DNA of 64,000 bases from the human T2T-CHM13v2.0 reference genome, Homo sapiens (GCF_009914755.1 NC_060927.1), one strand, 5' to 3'. Counted from the stretch's first letter, positions 1-13,031 are shown. Numbers and translations are program-made. The notes: a model not told the origin generated them from the letters alone.

Positions 1-1047
1 ACAGCCAACACTGGTACATGCCCAGCCTCCACAGTGTTCTTCCTCCCAAACTGGCAGAGAACTCTGACTGCTCTGCACACCTGCCATCCCCACGCCCAGA
101 GAATCTGAAAATGGTTTATTGCTCTCATCAATCTGAATTCTTACATCTCAGTAGCTCATCTGAAGGTGGGGCTGCTGCCAGGGACAGGCACTCAGGGTTC
201 TGGCTGCAGACACTGGCTTCCATCATCAAATGGATCTAACCCCACCCTGAGCAACCACCAGCCCGCCCGTCCTTCATCCTGCCCACTCTTTCTCTCCAGG
301 AGAATCAGAGAAGCTGAAATTTGGAAGGAATTTATGTATCACCTAATTCTAGGGTTTTAAAAATAAGGGTCATGAATGGATTTCCAAGAATAGAAATGGA
401 TTCATTTTCATGAATCTCCTAAAATTATATAAAGAAAGCCTACACACGCACACAGAGAATTATGTACTGTTCTTGGGTATGTTCATAGTTTTCAAAAGGT
501 TTTCAGAGGGGTTTATAGCAAAAAAAAAAAAGAATTAAAAAGTTAAGAGCTAGTGATTGGTTTTGGAGATGCAAAAACAAGACACCCTCCCCACTCCCAC
601 CACCAAATAAAAACATCTCAGGACTTATGCTTCACCAAAGTTCCTTAGCTGTCTTTCCTCTCCCTTTTTATTCCTCCCTTTGATGTCAAAAAGAGATGCA
701 GCAGGGGGTATAACCTAATTAGAATATGGACAAAAGCTGTCCCTTTCTGACAGGAAGCTCCTGAATCCTAAAATATGCTCCCTTAGCCCATAGAAAGGCC
801 TTTGTACTTTGGGGCTCAACTGGGAAGGACCCCTCATCCATCAGACCTGACTGGCCAGCATATTTTGTCCTCACTGCCCATCTCTCTTCTCCACATAAAT
901 AACACCACCATTGGGAATCAGCACCGGGATGAGGGAAGGCATGAGAAAATAGAAAAAAGAGGGGAGAAGACTCTCCTCCCTCAAAGGAAAACAAGGCCAG
1001 AACACTGGGCTTCCATCTCAGAATGTCAATTCTGTCTTCCATTGGCC

Positions 1048-1590
1048 TTGAGTCAGAGCAGCCCTGCAATCACTCTTCTGGGCTGCAGCATCCCTGCTGG
1101 TACTCCCCTGGGCCAGACCAGGTCTTCTTCTCCTGGTACTGCCCTGGGCTGAAGCAGTTCCACAGTCGCATCTCGGGCTGAGGTGGTCCTACTAATGCTT
1201 CCCTGGGCAGGAGCAGTTCTTTGAGTTTTCCCCTGGTATGCAAATGTCCTGAAAATGCCCCCCACCCTGGGCTGCAGCAGTCCTTCTGGTGCTCCTATGA
1301 GGCAGACCAGTTCTTCTGGAGCTTCCCTGGACAACAGCAGTCCTCTTGATGTTCCTATGGAATGCAGCACTCTTGCTGATGCTCCCACAAGCAAGACCAG
1401 TTTTTGGGGTGCTCTCCAGGATGCAGTAGTTCTGCTGGTACACCCTGAAGTGCAGGCCCTGCTGGTGCCCCCATGGGCCAGAGAGTTTTCTGGTGCTATC
1501 CTGGGCTGCAGTGGTCCTACAATTCCTTTCTGAGCTGCAGTAGTCTGGCTGGTGCTTCCCTGGCTCATAGTTTCACCCCCACCCTCAGCT
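1048..1590 (+). repeat. Degenerate ~30-bp tandem array (~17-18 units, consensus ~ctgggctgcagcagtcctkctggtgctccc) with ~90-bp higher-order periodicity
   Basis: Units in 30-nt register at 1078, 1144, 1203, 1267, 1297, 1327, 1357, 1387, 1501, 1530. A cagaccag-type variant recurs about every third unit (1108, 1203, 1297, 1387, 1473). Confidence 0.85.
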
Positions 1591-1610
1591 CATGGCCCAT
1601 TGATGGTGCT

Positions 1611-1906
1611 TTTTTTTTGTTTGGGACAGGGACTTTCCCTCTCACCATCCAGACTGGAGTGAAGTAGCATGATCATAGCTCAGTGCAACCTCAAACTCCT
1701 GGCCTCAAGGGATCCTTCTGGCCTCAAGATTCTGAGTAGCTTGGACTACAGGTTCATGTCATCATGACAGGCTAATTTAAAAAAAAATGCAGAGACAGGG
1801 TCTTGCTATGCTTTCTAGGTTGGTCTGGAACTCCTGGCCTCAAGGGATCCTCCAGCCTTGTCCCCTCAAAGCACTGGGATTAAAGGTATGAGCCACCGCA
1901 CCTGCC
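1611..1906 (-). mobile_element. Alu, old AluJ-type, full length
   Basis: T-rich tail then reverse-complement Alu arms, highly diverged. Diverged target-site duplication (TSD) attgatggtgc / ataatggtgc. Confidence 0.9.
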
Positions 1907-2111
1907 ATAATGGTGCCTTTGAAATTCACAGAGAAGATGTAAAAAAAGTTTCTTCAGAAAGTATACAATTTGGGAATCAGCAACTCTAAGCATCAAGTGG
2001 AATGCTAAGAATTAATTAGATAAAACTCCCATTTTAGAGATTCTCAGAGAATCTCTAAATTTACTTGCCCCAGGCAGTACAGTAATATCTGCAAGAGAAG
2101 ACAAATAGGTG

Positions 2112-2150
2112 GGATAGATAGATAAATATAGAGATAGATAGATGATAGAT

Positions 2151-2199
<49 letters not shown>

Positions 2200-2245
2200 G
2201 ATAGATAGATAGATAGATGATGGATGGATAGATGAGAGAGAGAGA
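2112..2245. repeat. (GATA)n tetranucleotide microsatellite with (GGAT)/(GA) tail
   Basis: Direct reading of gatagatagata... tract. Explains the low-complexity ORFs at 2012-2286. Confidence 0.97.
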
Positions 2246-3009
2246 TAATAACAAGAAAGTGAAATAGACAAAGGAGAAGTAACCATGATTTTTACTGGCT
2301 TTAATCTGGCATCATGATGGGTGTTGCTGTTGTTGCTGTTGTTTTTGATACTTTTAATTTTTTTAAATCACTTATCCAAATGTGTTCTTTGAAGAAAAGC
2401 AGCATACCTGTAAAGATAGGAAGAACATCGTATTGGTAGGACAAGATGGAAAGGAGAACAAATTTACTTCTATTGAGCAACCACTCTGTGCCAGGCATGC
2501 TACAAGGCACTTTACCTATGTCCTAAATGCCACTTATCAGTGGATCAGTGTCATAGCTGGTTCCTGATCCACTTGTTTATTGGACACCTTTGCCAAATAA
2601 CAGAAACTCAACCCTCCCCTCTTGGGTTTCATGGAAGACTTCCAAGTGTGGAAGGGGGATTATTCTTAAATATAATTTACACTGCTGTCTATGTACCTCC
2701 CTGCCCTCTACTCCACTCCAGCTGCTACTCCAAACCTCCTTCTTGGCCATTTATGGGTCACTCTTCTCTTTGCTTTGATTCTGCCTACATTTACTCACCG
2801 CACCATCAACACTCCATTTGACAAATAAAACTCTTGGGCCAGCTCTCCTTTTCACAGATGCGTCCTGGGGACCCCTCTCCACATGCTCTGGATCCCCATC
2901 ACTCTGACACTTCCAGGACCAGTCCACCATCACTGTTCTATTTAGGTGGCCACCCTTGACTGCTTAGGGCTCTCCATGCCCACACTCCATGTTCTATGAG
3001 GTTGCCAAA

Positions 3010-3122
3010 AATGGTGACTAATTTTCCCAGTTTGCCTGGGACTAAAGGGCTTCCTGGGTCATGAGACTTTCAGTGCTAACCCTGGAATAGTCCCAGGCAA
3101 ACCAAGATGGTTGATTACCCTA
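3010..3122. mobile_element. MER81-like hAT-Blackjack MITE
   Basis: ~113 bp with terminal inverted repeats (TIRs) (ggtgact...ttaccct) and internal tttgcctgggact / agtcccaggcaaa inverted pair. Confidence 0.7.
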
Positions 3123-3362
3123 TAAGGTTAACCAGTGAGTGGTAGAGCTCGGATACAAACCCAGGTGTATTCAGCCTCCAATCCTTTGTTCTTTCAAAGC
3201 ATCAGTCTGCAAAGTGCTGTATATGTGTTCAACATATAGAGCAGAAACATGCAGGAGAGTGACTATCAAATGAGATCTGCTTTTCTCTGAAGAATGTGAT
3301 ATGTGGGGTGAACCTATTCCACAGGCTGCAAAGAATTAATTGATAAAGTTAATATATTACCT

Positions 3363-3496
3363 TAGGGTAACCACATGTCCTGGTTTGCCTGGGACAGTCC
3401 TGATTTGCATGTGTTCTGCCAACAAAATTATTAATAGCACTCTTTTTTCAGTCTCAAAAGTATCCTAGATTGGACAATAAATTATATGGTCACCCT
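3363..3496. mobile_element. MER94-like hAT-Blackjack MITE
   Basis: TIRs agggtaaccacat ... atatggtcaccct, ~134 bp, internal tttgcctgggacagtcc motif. Confidence 0.75.
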
Positions 3497-4562
3497 CACC
3501 ATCATATCCCAGAACCAGCTGATTAGGCTCTTGATTAATAGGGTCCTTCCCCATGACTATAACTAAAACCAGCATGGTCTCCCCTGCTATTGACAGGGCA
3601 TGTTTGCCCTGCAGACCAGTCACCTGGAAAAAGCAGCATTTCTCAAGGCCCATCTCTCTCAGCTGATTGGAGCTCACACAGCCAAAGGAGCAGGCCCTCC
3701 CCTGGCTTCCAAGCAGAACCCAGCCCAAGGAATCAGTCCTCACATCACTTCAAAGAAGCAGACCTGGCATTAATTGGCACTGTGCAAAGATTTATGCACT
3801 ATACATCATTAACTCCTGCTGAGAAACTAGACAGATACAGGGTATAGAGCAGGTCCTTTAGAAAAAGGTATCTTGACAGATCTTTGAACCTAAAATACAT
3901 TAAGTAATTGGGACACCCACTCAGGGACATGCAAGATAAATGACCCAGTTTATAGAGTACCCACACCCTTGGCTGCCTGCCCCTCCCCCTCCTCCCTTTT
4001 CTCCTCTTCCTTTTCCCAATCTTCCTTAAGAGCCTCCTATGGCCTCTCCCTGCTCATTAGTAGCTCCACAAAAAGACAAATTGGGGCAGAGAGAGAAGAA
4101 GAGCATATTAGTCACTGAGAGTAGGTTGGATGGGAGAGGAGATGGAGATGAATGGTTTGAATGAAGTTTGACCCAGCTGGTAAATTTCATTTATTAAGGC
4201 TCTACCAGTTAGCCTAGTCTTCTGATTAACAGGAGCCAGAGCTTTAGAGTTAACATATGTGTAAATTGCCTAGGATGTGGCCTGGAGCACAGTAGGTACT
4301 CAATAAATGGTGGGCAGCAGTAGTGTTGAGACCTGTCAGTAGTTAAAGCAACCAATGTGCCTACTATGAAACTCTAACATCAGAAGAGTCCACGCACCAA
4401 GCACTGAAGGTCACTTGGTGCCCAGCCCAGTCCCCCTGTCTTATCAGAGTACCTCACCTATCTTATCAGAGCATTCGGAGTGAAGTCATAAACTCATCTA
4501 TGTTCCTTCCCTTCCTTTCTTCCTTCTTCCTGCCTCCTCCCTTTCTCTCTCTCCCTCTCTCT

Positions 4563-4583
4563 CATACACATCCACACACACAT

Positions 4584-4619
<36 letters not shown>
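4563..4619. repeat. (CA)n microsatellite preceded by pyrimidine-rich tract
   Basis: Direct reading. Confidence 0.95.
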
Positions 4620-4621
<2 letters not shown>

Positions 4622-6079
4622 CTGCACCAGGGGCTGTGAATTCAAGAGACAGGTTGGGGTGGGAATGGAAAGATCACTGTACCAGAATGTCCTGATTCTG
4701 TTCCCACTGCAGTTTAATGAATATTTTGACCATCTGACATTGTGCACAGGATATGAAGATGATGAGGACACTGTTGCCATCCTTTGGAGTCTCACAATGA
4801 GGCGGGAAACATCCAAGTAAATAGCCCATCTCAATCATAACAAATATAAGCACAATGATAAAGACAAGCTCAGGATGCTGTGGGAATGCAGAGGTAGGCC
4901 CCTTGGCCTCCTGGGATGGAGATCAGGGAAAAGTTCCTCGAGAAAACATGCCCTTGGTGAGCCTAAAGCCATGTAAAAATGAGCCAGGAAAGAGGGAGGA
5001 AGCCAAACTCCTCAGACCCAGAGGTGGGAAGTATCATGAGGTTATAGAAAAACAAGATTATGTATGTTTTTAAAAATTAACCTATCAGACATTCTTATTT
5101 TTAACTTGTAAGATAATGTTTTCAAAGACAAAAGCCCTTAGGATCATTCCTGATTCTAAGAGAGTCTTTTATACTGGTTGAGTTCATTATAATTTGATCA
5201 ATAAACTCATGGTCACAGGTTATCATAAGGTTGGTAAAAAAAAAAATCAACTTCCTGTAGCAATCTTAAATTACAACTTTAAAGAAACAAATTTAATGTT
5301 TTACAGTAAATGTTCTAACATTCTAAATGAATGTATTTTTTTCAAGGTTACCAGTTACAAGTTAGCAGGGCTTGGAACTATCGAAGAAACCTTTTAATAT
5401 GGTAGGAAATCTATCTTTGCCTCTTTCAGTAAGTTTATTTTAAAACTCAATTTTATGACAAGATACAGAATAAGGACATGTTAACAAAATTTTGGTAACT
5501 GGTATATAAATATTCACTAAGTTTCTTACCTTTCTTTCTGAATGAAGAGCTGAAGTTTATCCATTGACTTGCATTTTCAAAAACACTTGTATCAAGAGCG
5601 TCTCATGTTTTCAAATTTCCTACTAAAAAATTCTGTCCATTGGCAAAACTTAATTTTTTTTGAAATAAGTGATTATTTATTGACTTCATTATTTGGGGAA
5701 GAACTTCTTAAGGTAAAAACAAAAAACAAAAATCACAAAAGGTCAAAGATTTTATCACATATATATTTCAAAATTTGTATTTAAAAATAAAATCTCACAA
5801 TTAATAATCCAACAACAAATTAGGAATATTATTTGCAATAAATATCACTGACAAAGAGGAGGTATTATATATCTACGGTAAACTTATGTAAATGAATAAA
5901 ATAAACAGTAAGTCTCAAACGGGTAAGCAGTCAAATGTCTTGATAATTTGCAAAATAAGAAGTGACTAGTAAACATGCAAAAGAAGTATATTCTTCTTTA
6001 ATAACCTATTAACACAGCTGTTAGATATTATTTACCTGCCAAAGGTGACGGTTTTATGGAGAATGTGGTAAAATAGTGT

Positions 6080-6226
6080 TTGTTGTTGTTGTTGTTGTTG
6101 TTGGACACAAGCTTTCGCTCTGTCATTCAGGCTGGAGTGCAGTGGCACTATCTTGGCTCACTGCAACCTTAGCCTCCTGAGTAGCTAGGACCACAGTTGC
6201 ATGCCACCACTCCCAGCTAATTTTTT
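6080..6226 (-). mobile_element. Alu right-arm/FRAM-like fragment with (GTT)n-derived tail
   Basis: gctctgtcattcaggctggagtgcagtggc...cccagctaattttt. No left arm follows. Confidence 0.8.
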
Positions 6227-9200
6227 AAAAACTTTTATTTTAAGTTCAGGGGCACATGTGCAGGTTTGTTATATGGTTAAACTTGTGTTACGGGGGTTCA
6301 TTGTACAGATTTTTTCATCACCCAGGTATTAAGCCTGGTGTCCATTAGTTATTTTTCCTGATCCTCTTCCTCCTCCCACTGTCCGATAGGCCCTAGTGTG
6401 TGTTATTCCCCTCTATATGTCCATGTGTTTTCATCATTTAGCTCCCACTTATAAGTGAGAACATGCAGTATTTGGTTTTCTGTTCCTGCCTGAGTTTCCT
6501 AATGATAATGGCCTCCAGCTCCATCCATGTTCCTGAAAAGGACATGATCTCATTCTTTTTTTTAATGGCTGCACAGTATTCCATGGTGTATATGTACCAC
6601 ACTTTCTTTATACAATCTATCATTGATGGGCATTTAGGTTGATTCCATGTCTTTGCTATTGTAGTGCTGCAGTGAACATACGTATGCATGTGTCTTTATG
6701 ATAGAATAACTTATATTCCTTTGGGTATATACCCAGTAATGGGATTGCTGGATCAACTGGTATTTCTGCTTCTAGATCTTTGAGGAATCATCACACTATC
6801 TTCCACAATGGTTGAACATTCCCACCAACAGTTTATAAGCATTCCTTTTTCTCTGCAACCTCACCAGCATCTGTTATTTTTTACTTTTTCATAATAGGCA
6901 TTCTGACTGGTGTGACACGGTATCTTATTATGGTTTTGATTTGCATTTCTCTAATGATTAGTAAGTGATGCTGAGCTTTTTTTCATATACATGTTGGCTG
7001 CATGTATATCTCCTTTTGAAAATTGTCTGTTCATGTCCTTTGCCCACTTTTTATGGTGACTATTTGTTTTTTCTTATAAATTTACATTCTTTATAGATGC
7101 TGGATATTAGATCTTTGTCAGATACATAGTTTGCAAATATTTTCTTCCACGTCAAAAGCCTTTTCTGCATCTATTAAGAAAATCATGTGATTTTTGTCTT
7201 TATTTCTGTGTATGTAATGAATCACATTTATTGATTTGTGCATGTTGAACCAACCATGCACCCCAGGGATAAAACCTACTTGACCATAGTGGATAAGATT
7301 TTTGGTGTACTGCTGGATTCAGTTTGCCAGTGTTTTGTTGAGGATTTTTGTGTCGACATTCATCAAGGATGTTGACCTGAAGTTTTCTTTTTTTATTGTG
7401 TCTCTGCCAGGTTTTGGTATCAGGATGATGCTGGTTTCATAGAATGAGTTAGGGAGAATTCCCTCCTCCTCAGTTTTTTGGAATAATTTCAGCAGGAATG
7501 GTGCCAGCATGTCTTTGTACATCTGACAGAATTTGGCTATGAATCCATCTGGTCTTGGGCTTTTTTTGGTTGGTATGCTATTTTTTACTGACTCCATTTT
7601 GGAGCTCATTATTGGTCTATTTAGGGATTCAGTTTCTTTCCAGTTCAGTCTTAGGAGGGTGTATGTGTCAAGGAATTTATCCATTTCTTCTAGATTTTCT
7701 AGTTTTTGTGTATAGAAGTGTTTATAATATTCTGATGGTTATTTGTATTTCTGTGGGGTCAGGGTAATATCTCCTCTGTCATTTCTGATTGTGTTTATTT
7801 GGATCTTCTCTCTTTTCTTCTTTATTAGTCTAGCTAATAATCTATCTATTTTATTAATTTTTTTCAAAAGAAAGTCCTGGATTCGTTGATCATTTGAATG
7901 TTTTTTCCTGTCTCAATCTCCTTCAGTTCAGCTCTGATTTTGGTTATTTCTTGTCTTCTGCTAGCTTTGGGATTGGTTTGCTCTTGGTTCTCTAGTTCTT
8001 TTAGTTGTAATTTTGGGTTGTTAAATTGAGATCTTTTTAGCTTTTGATGTAGGCATTTATTGCTATAAATTTCCCATTTAACACTGCCTTAGCTGCATCC
8101 CAGAGATTCTAGTATGTTGTATCTTTGTTCTTATTCATTTCAAAGAACATCTTGATTTCTGCCTTAATTTCATTATTTATCCAAAAGTCATTAAGGAGAA
8201 GGTTATTCAATTTCCATGTAATTGTATAGTTTTCAGTGAGTTTCTTAGTCTTGATTTCTAATTTGATTGCACTGTGATCCAAGAGATTAGTTGTTCAGAT
8301 TTCAGTTCTTTTGCACTTGCTAAGGAGTGTTTTATGTCTGACTATTTGATCAATTTTAGAGTATGTGCCATATGGCAATGAGAAGAATGTGTATTTTGTT
8401 GTTTTGGGATGGAGAGTTCTATAGATGTCTGTCAGGTCCATTTGATTCAGTACTGAGTTCAGGTCCTGAATATATGTTAATTATCTGCCTCAGTGATCTG
8501 TCTAATACTATCAGTAGGGTGTTAAAGTCTCTCACTGTTATTGTGTGGGAGTCTAAGTCACTTTGTAGGTCTCTAAGAACTTGATTTATGAATCTGGGTG
8601 CTCTTGTGTTGAGTACACACATATTTAGGATAGTTAAGTCTTCCTGTTGAATTGAACCCTTTACCATTATGTAATGCCTTTATTTGCCTTTTCTGATGTT
8701 TTTTGGTTTAAAGTCTGTTTTGTCTGAAATTAGGATTGCACCCTGTTGTTTTCTGCTTTCCATTTGCGTGGTAGATTTTTCTCCATCCCTTTATTTTGAG
8801 CTTGTGGGTTTCATTGCATGAGAGATGGTCTCTGGAAGACAGCATACAAATGGGTATTGGTTCTTTATCCAGCTTGCCACTCTGTGCCTTTTAATTGTGC
8901 CATTTAGCTCATTTACATTCAAGATTAGTATTGATATGTGTGGATTTGATCCTGTCATCATGATGTTAGCTGGTTATTATGCATACATGTTTATATGGTT
9001 GCTTTATAGTGTCAGTGAGTTTTTGTAGTGGCTGATAACAATCTTTCCATATCTAGTGCTTCCTTTGAGAGCTCTTGTAAGGCAGGTCTGGTGGTAACAG
9101 ATTCCCTCAGCATTTGTTTGTCTGAAAAGGATCTTATTTCTTTTTTGCTTATGAAGCTTAGTTTGGCCGAATATGAAATTCTGGGTTAGAATTTCTTTAC

Positions 9201-11669
9201 TTTAGGAATGTTGAATATTGGCCCCCAATCTCTTCAGGTTTGTAGGGTTTCTGCTGAGAGGTCCACTGTTAGTCTGATGTATTTCCTTTTGTAGGTGACC
9301 TGACCTTTCTCTCTAGCTGGCTTTAACATTTTTTCTTTCATTCCAACCTCAGATAATCTGATGATTATGTCTCTTGGGGATTATCTTCTTTTGAAGTATT
9401 TTACTGGGGTTCTCTGCATTTCCTAAATTTGAATGTTGGCTTCTCTAACTAGGTTGGGGAAGTTCTCATGGTTGACACCCTGAAATATTAGTTTGGTGCA
9501 AAGGTAACTGCAATTTTTGTCATTGAAAGTAATGGCAAAAGACACAATTAATTTTGCATCAACCTAATATGTTTTCCAAGTTGCTTACACTCTCCCCATC
9601 TCTTTCAGGGACACCCCTGAGTCATAGATTTGGTCTCTTTACGTAATCCCACATTTCTCAGAGGTTTGTTCATTCCTTTTCATTCTTTTTTCTCTATTCT
9701 TGTCTGACTGTCTTATTTCAGAAAGCCAGTCTTCAAGCTCTGAGATTCTTTCCCCTGCTTGGTTTATTCTGCAACTAATACTTGTGATTGCATTATAAAA
9801 TTTTTGTAGTGCGTTTTCCAGCTCTATCAGGTCTATTACATTTTTTTCTATGCAGGCTATTTTGTCTGTCAACTCCTGCATTGTTTTATTGTGATTCTCA
9901 GCTTCCTTGGATTGGGTTTCACATAGTCCTGCATCTCAATGATCTTTGTTCCTATCCATATTTGGAATTCGATTTCTATCATTTCAGTCATCTCAGCCCA
10001 CTTCAAAACCCTTGCCGGGGAGATGGTATAGTCATTTGGAGAAAAGAAGGCACCTTGGCTTTTTGCTGCCAAGGTTTTTGCACTGGTTCTTTCTCATCTT
10101 TGTGGGCTTATGTTTGTTTAATCTTTGAAGTTGTTGACCTTTGAATGAGTTCTTTTTTCTTTTAACCTACTTGATGACCTTGAGGGGTTTGATTGTGGTA
10201 TAAGGTGTATTCAGCCAACTGGCTTTACTTTTGGAAGATTTTAGGGGGCCAGTGCTCAGCTCCCAACTCCTGGACTGTGTGCTCTAACTCTGGGGTCTTT
10301 TATGGGGCCCCAACTTTGTTTTCCAGCCCTCGAAGTTAGGAATCCACTGCACTGGTGGGACTATGATGGTGTCAGTCAAAGTGTTTTGTAGTGCAGTGAC
10401 ATCAGGATCTATCCTCGTTTGCACATGCCAGCAGCAGTGGCAGCGGCCACATGACAAGGTGCATGCTCATTGGCTGCAGTAGGGTGCTAGCAGGTGCCAG
10501 GGTGCCTGCCTCCATGTGGGTGTTCACCACAGTGGCAGAAGCAACACAGCTCAGGAGGGCAGAGGGCCACTGCTGGCAACTGTGTGTGTAGTCGTGCTGG
10601 TAGTGGTGTTGGCATGGGGGTGAGCCATTGGCAAACACAGGTCTGTGTGCATTCTCTGTGAGCTGAAGGCAGAATTGGTCTCACTCAGGGTGAAGGAGGG
10701 TCTGTGTTCTCCATGCCTAGTTTCACTCTTGCAGCAGTGTTGGCACAAGGGCAGGGCACTGGTGTGGGCAGGGTTGGTTGACTCTGTGCCCACCAAGGCT
10801 CCAATTGCAATGGCAGTAGTGAGGGGAGGGAGATGGGCTGCACTCCCACTGCAGCACTGTCACGGCAGGGTGCATGACACATGCATACTGGCAAGACAAG
10901 GAAAGCAAAACTCACCTGCTGACACATGTGCCAGCAAAGTAATGGGGAGGATTGTCATTGGCCCCGAGGAAGCTGCAGTGTGAGGAAGGAGTGGGCAGGC
11001 TGATGCATGGCCATGGGGGCCATCCCACTGGAGCTCTATGCTGGCCAGGCACGGTCCACCAACATAGAAGCTATGATGTGGACCACCAAGGCACCCAAGG
11101 CCGCCTCGCAAGTAGGCACAGCCTGGGAGAGGCCAGTAAACAGAGAGATGTTCAGGTTGGACTGGTCCCATCTGATAGGCAAGACCACCCTGCAGAATTC
11201 AGGTCCAACAGTTCCCCTAGGACTAAAGTTGAGCCTAGGGGATGGGCATCCCTGGTCATGCTCCACTACAGACACTCCCACACCAAACACTCTGGGCTCT
11301 ACATCAGCTGGCTTGCTGCCCCTAACACTTCTCTAACCAGCTCTCCCTGCCAACTCGAGTGTCAATGGTGGTCTAGGGGCCTCCTCCTGCCAGAATTCCA
11401 GTGGCCTGTGGCGAGAGTGAGTTGCTCCTTACCAGTTCAACTCACTTGTTCCCCCAGAGTCACTGGGGGCCAGGGATGAGTCCCCATGCATGATAGCCCT
11501 GTGCAGGATTCCCAGTGTCCTCCCACTTCAGCCCAGCTTCAGCGTCTTCCCTCTGTCCACTCTTAGTGCCTTCTTTCAGAAGATCTTTAGGAGTACACCA
11601 GTCTTCTTGGTTCCTCATTGCCAGCTGTTCCACCTGGCTGTGTCTAGTCAACCATCTTACTCTCTCTCT
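6227..11669 (-). mobile_element. Old primate LINE-1 (L1PA13-16/L1PB-age) with 5'UTR, ORF1, ORF2 and 3'UTR but ~1.3-kb internal ORF2 deletion
   Basis: Minus-strand ORF2 fragments (6438-6689, 7319-7684, 8419-8667) and ORF1 fragments (9639-10072). GC-rich 5'UTR at ~10200-11669 begins with an aagatggttgac YY1-like motif on the minus strand. Deletion junction at ~7150. Confidence 0.92.
9488..9567. mobile_element. MADE1 (Hsmar1 mariner MITE) inserted in L1 ORF1
   Basis: 80-bp near-palindrome ttagtttggtgcaaagg...ttttgcatcaacctaa flanked by TA on both sides (9486-9487, 9568-9569). Confidence 0.92.
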
Positions 11670-12837
11670 GAAAACTTAATTTTAATCAAAGCTAAATCAA
11701 AGATTTTAGGGACTCACACTAACTTATTTTGAGAAGCCAAGACACACTTCCTCTCCTGTGAGTTGGGGATAATTGTCTGCACCCTCCGTCCTTTGAGAGG
11801 AGTTTGTGATGATACAATATGAAGGAACTTTGCAAATCATGATGCATGAACTTGAGCCATGGCTATCTCCCTGCCCTGGTTATCTCTTTTCTTTATGCTG
11901 GGGGTGAGGGAAATACCCTGGGCAAAAATAAAGGCCCTCACTGGGAAAGGTGAAACAGTTCTAAGAGCAGTAAGAATTCCAGGGAGCCATCCTCTTGACT
12001 AGCAGTGGAAAGCCACTAAGCAACCCTCAGTGAATTCCTGTCCCCTGACCCAGATTCTTCTCTCCCCTCCCATGTCCTGATCCCTTTCCTCTGCTCCTCA
12101 TCCTTGTCTGCTCCAGTAGCTGAGGCCCTTCAATAAACCCTCTTTCCTACCGAGTGTGTCCCACCTTCAGAGCCCTTCCACATTTTTTCACCAGTCCTGT
12201 TGTTCTCAGCTGCCTTCAAGAACTTACCAAACCACCTGCCCCACCTCTTGTTTCCCCAGGAATGTGAGCTCAGTCCCATCTGGTGCCCACATGTTTGGCC
12301 CTGAGCCCTTAGAATTTGGGGGGCACAGGTCTCTGGTATGTTCTGAATGCCATCCTCACCACTGGCATTTGTGTGGATCTGGCAGCCTATGCCAAGGCTT
12401 GATTTGTTTCCATAGTCCAGAGCCTGAAAGAGTCTGCAAGTCTGAAGAAACCTCCAGATAAGAGAAGATTCATTGCTCTGCACCTCCTCCACAGACTTTA
12501 CCCCGTTGACCAGTGAAATCCATCCAGGACCACTGAAGTCATTTCCTAAACTGAAAATCCATCTGCCTCAGAGATAAGTATGCCACCAACCAGCTTTAGT
12601 GCTAAATAGTAAGAGTGTGTGTGTGTGTGTGTTTCACCCAGTCACAGGTTGTCACGTTGTTTACTCAAACTTATCTAAATCTTTGGCCAGAATATACCCT
12701 TGATATGAGTGGGTTCACCTCCCTGAGAAGTTTGGAGCAGGACACAGGGGCCCAGAAAACATTTTAGAAATGAAAAATAAAAGGACAATTGATAAAATGG
12801 AGGAGAAATGGTGGGTTGACACAAAATTGATATTAAG

Positions 12838-12986
12838 TCGGCATGGTGACAAACACCGGTAGGACCAGCTACTCAGGAGGCCGAGGTGGGAGGATCACTT
12901 AAGCCTGGCAGGTCAAGGCTGCAGTGAGCCATGATTATGCCACTGCACTCCAACTGGGGTGACAGACCAAGATCCTGTCTCAAATT

Positions 12987-13030
<44 letters not shown>
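12838..13030 (+). mobile_element. Alu right monomer (FRAM/AluJ-like) followed by (TA)n microsatellite (12990-13030)
   Basis: ggcatggtg...cagctactcaggaggccgagg...ctgcactccaactggggtgacaga, then a pure TA tract. Confidence 0.85.

Positions 13031-13031
<1 letters not shown>

Noticed and set aside
1053-1568. 171-aa minus-strand ORF as a real gene
   Set aside because: It is the antisense of the GC-rich repeat array and drifts through different repeat registers, with no recognisable domain or gene structure. Kept only as part of the repeat finding.
1048-1590. CRISPR-like array
   Set aside because: Units are contiguous degenerate tandem repeats with no constant-repeat/unique-spacer alternation. The context is eukaryotic and there are no cas genes.
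2012-2286. YLSI-repeat ORFs (also the HT/CV-repeat ORFs at 4500-4834 and 49017-49583)
   Set aside because: Translations of (GATA)n and (CA/TG)n microsatellites.
4439-4472. Direct repeat tcttatcagag x2 (paired GATA motifs)
   Set aside because: An 11-bp repeat is too short to distinguish from chance or local slippage without chromatin data.
10402-11732. Cluster of overlapping ORFs up to 175 aa
   Set aside because: All lie in the GC-rich 5'UTR of the old minus-strand L1, where stop-poor frames are expected.
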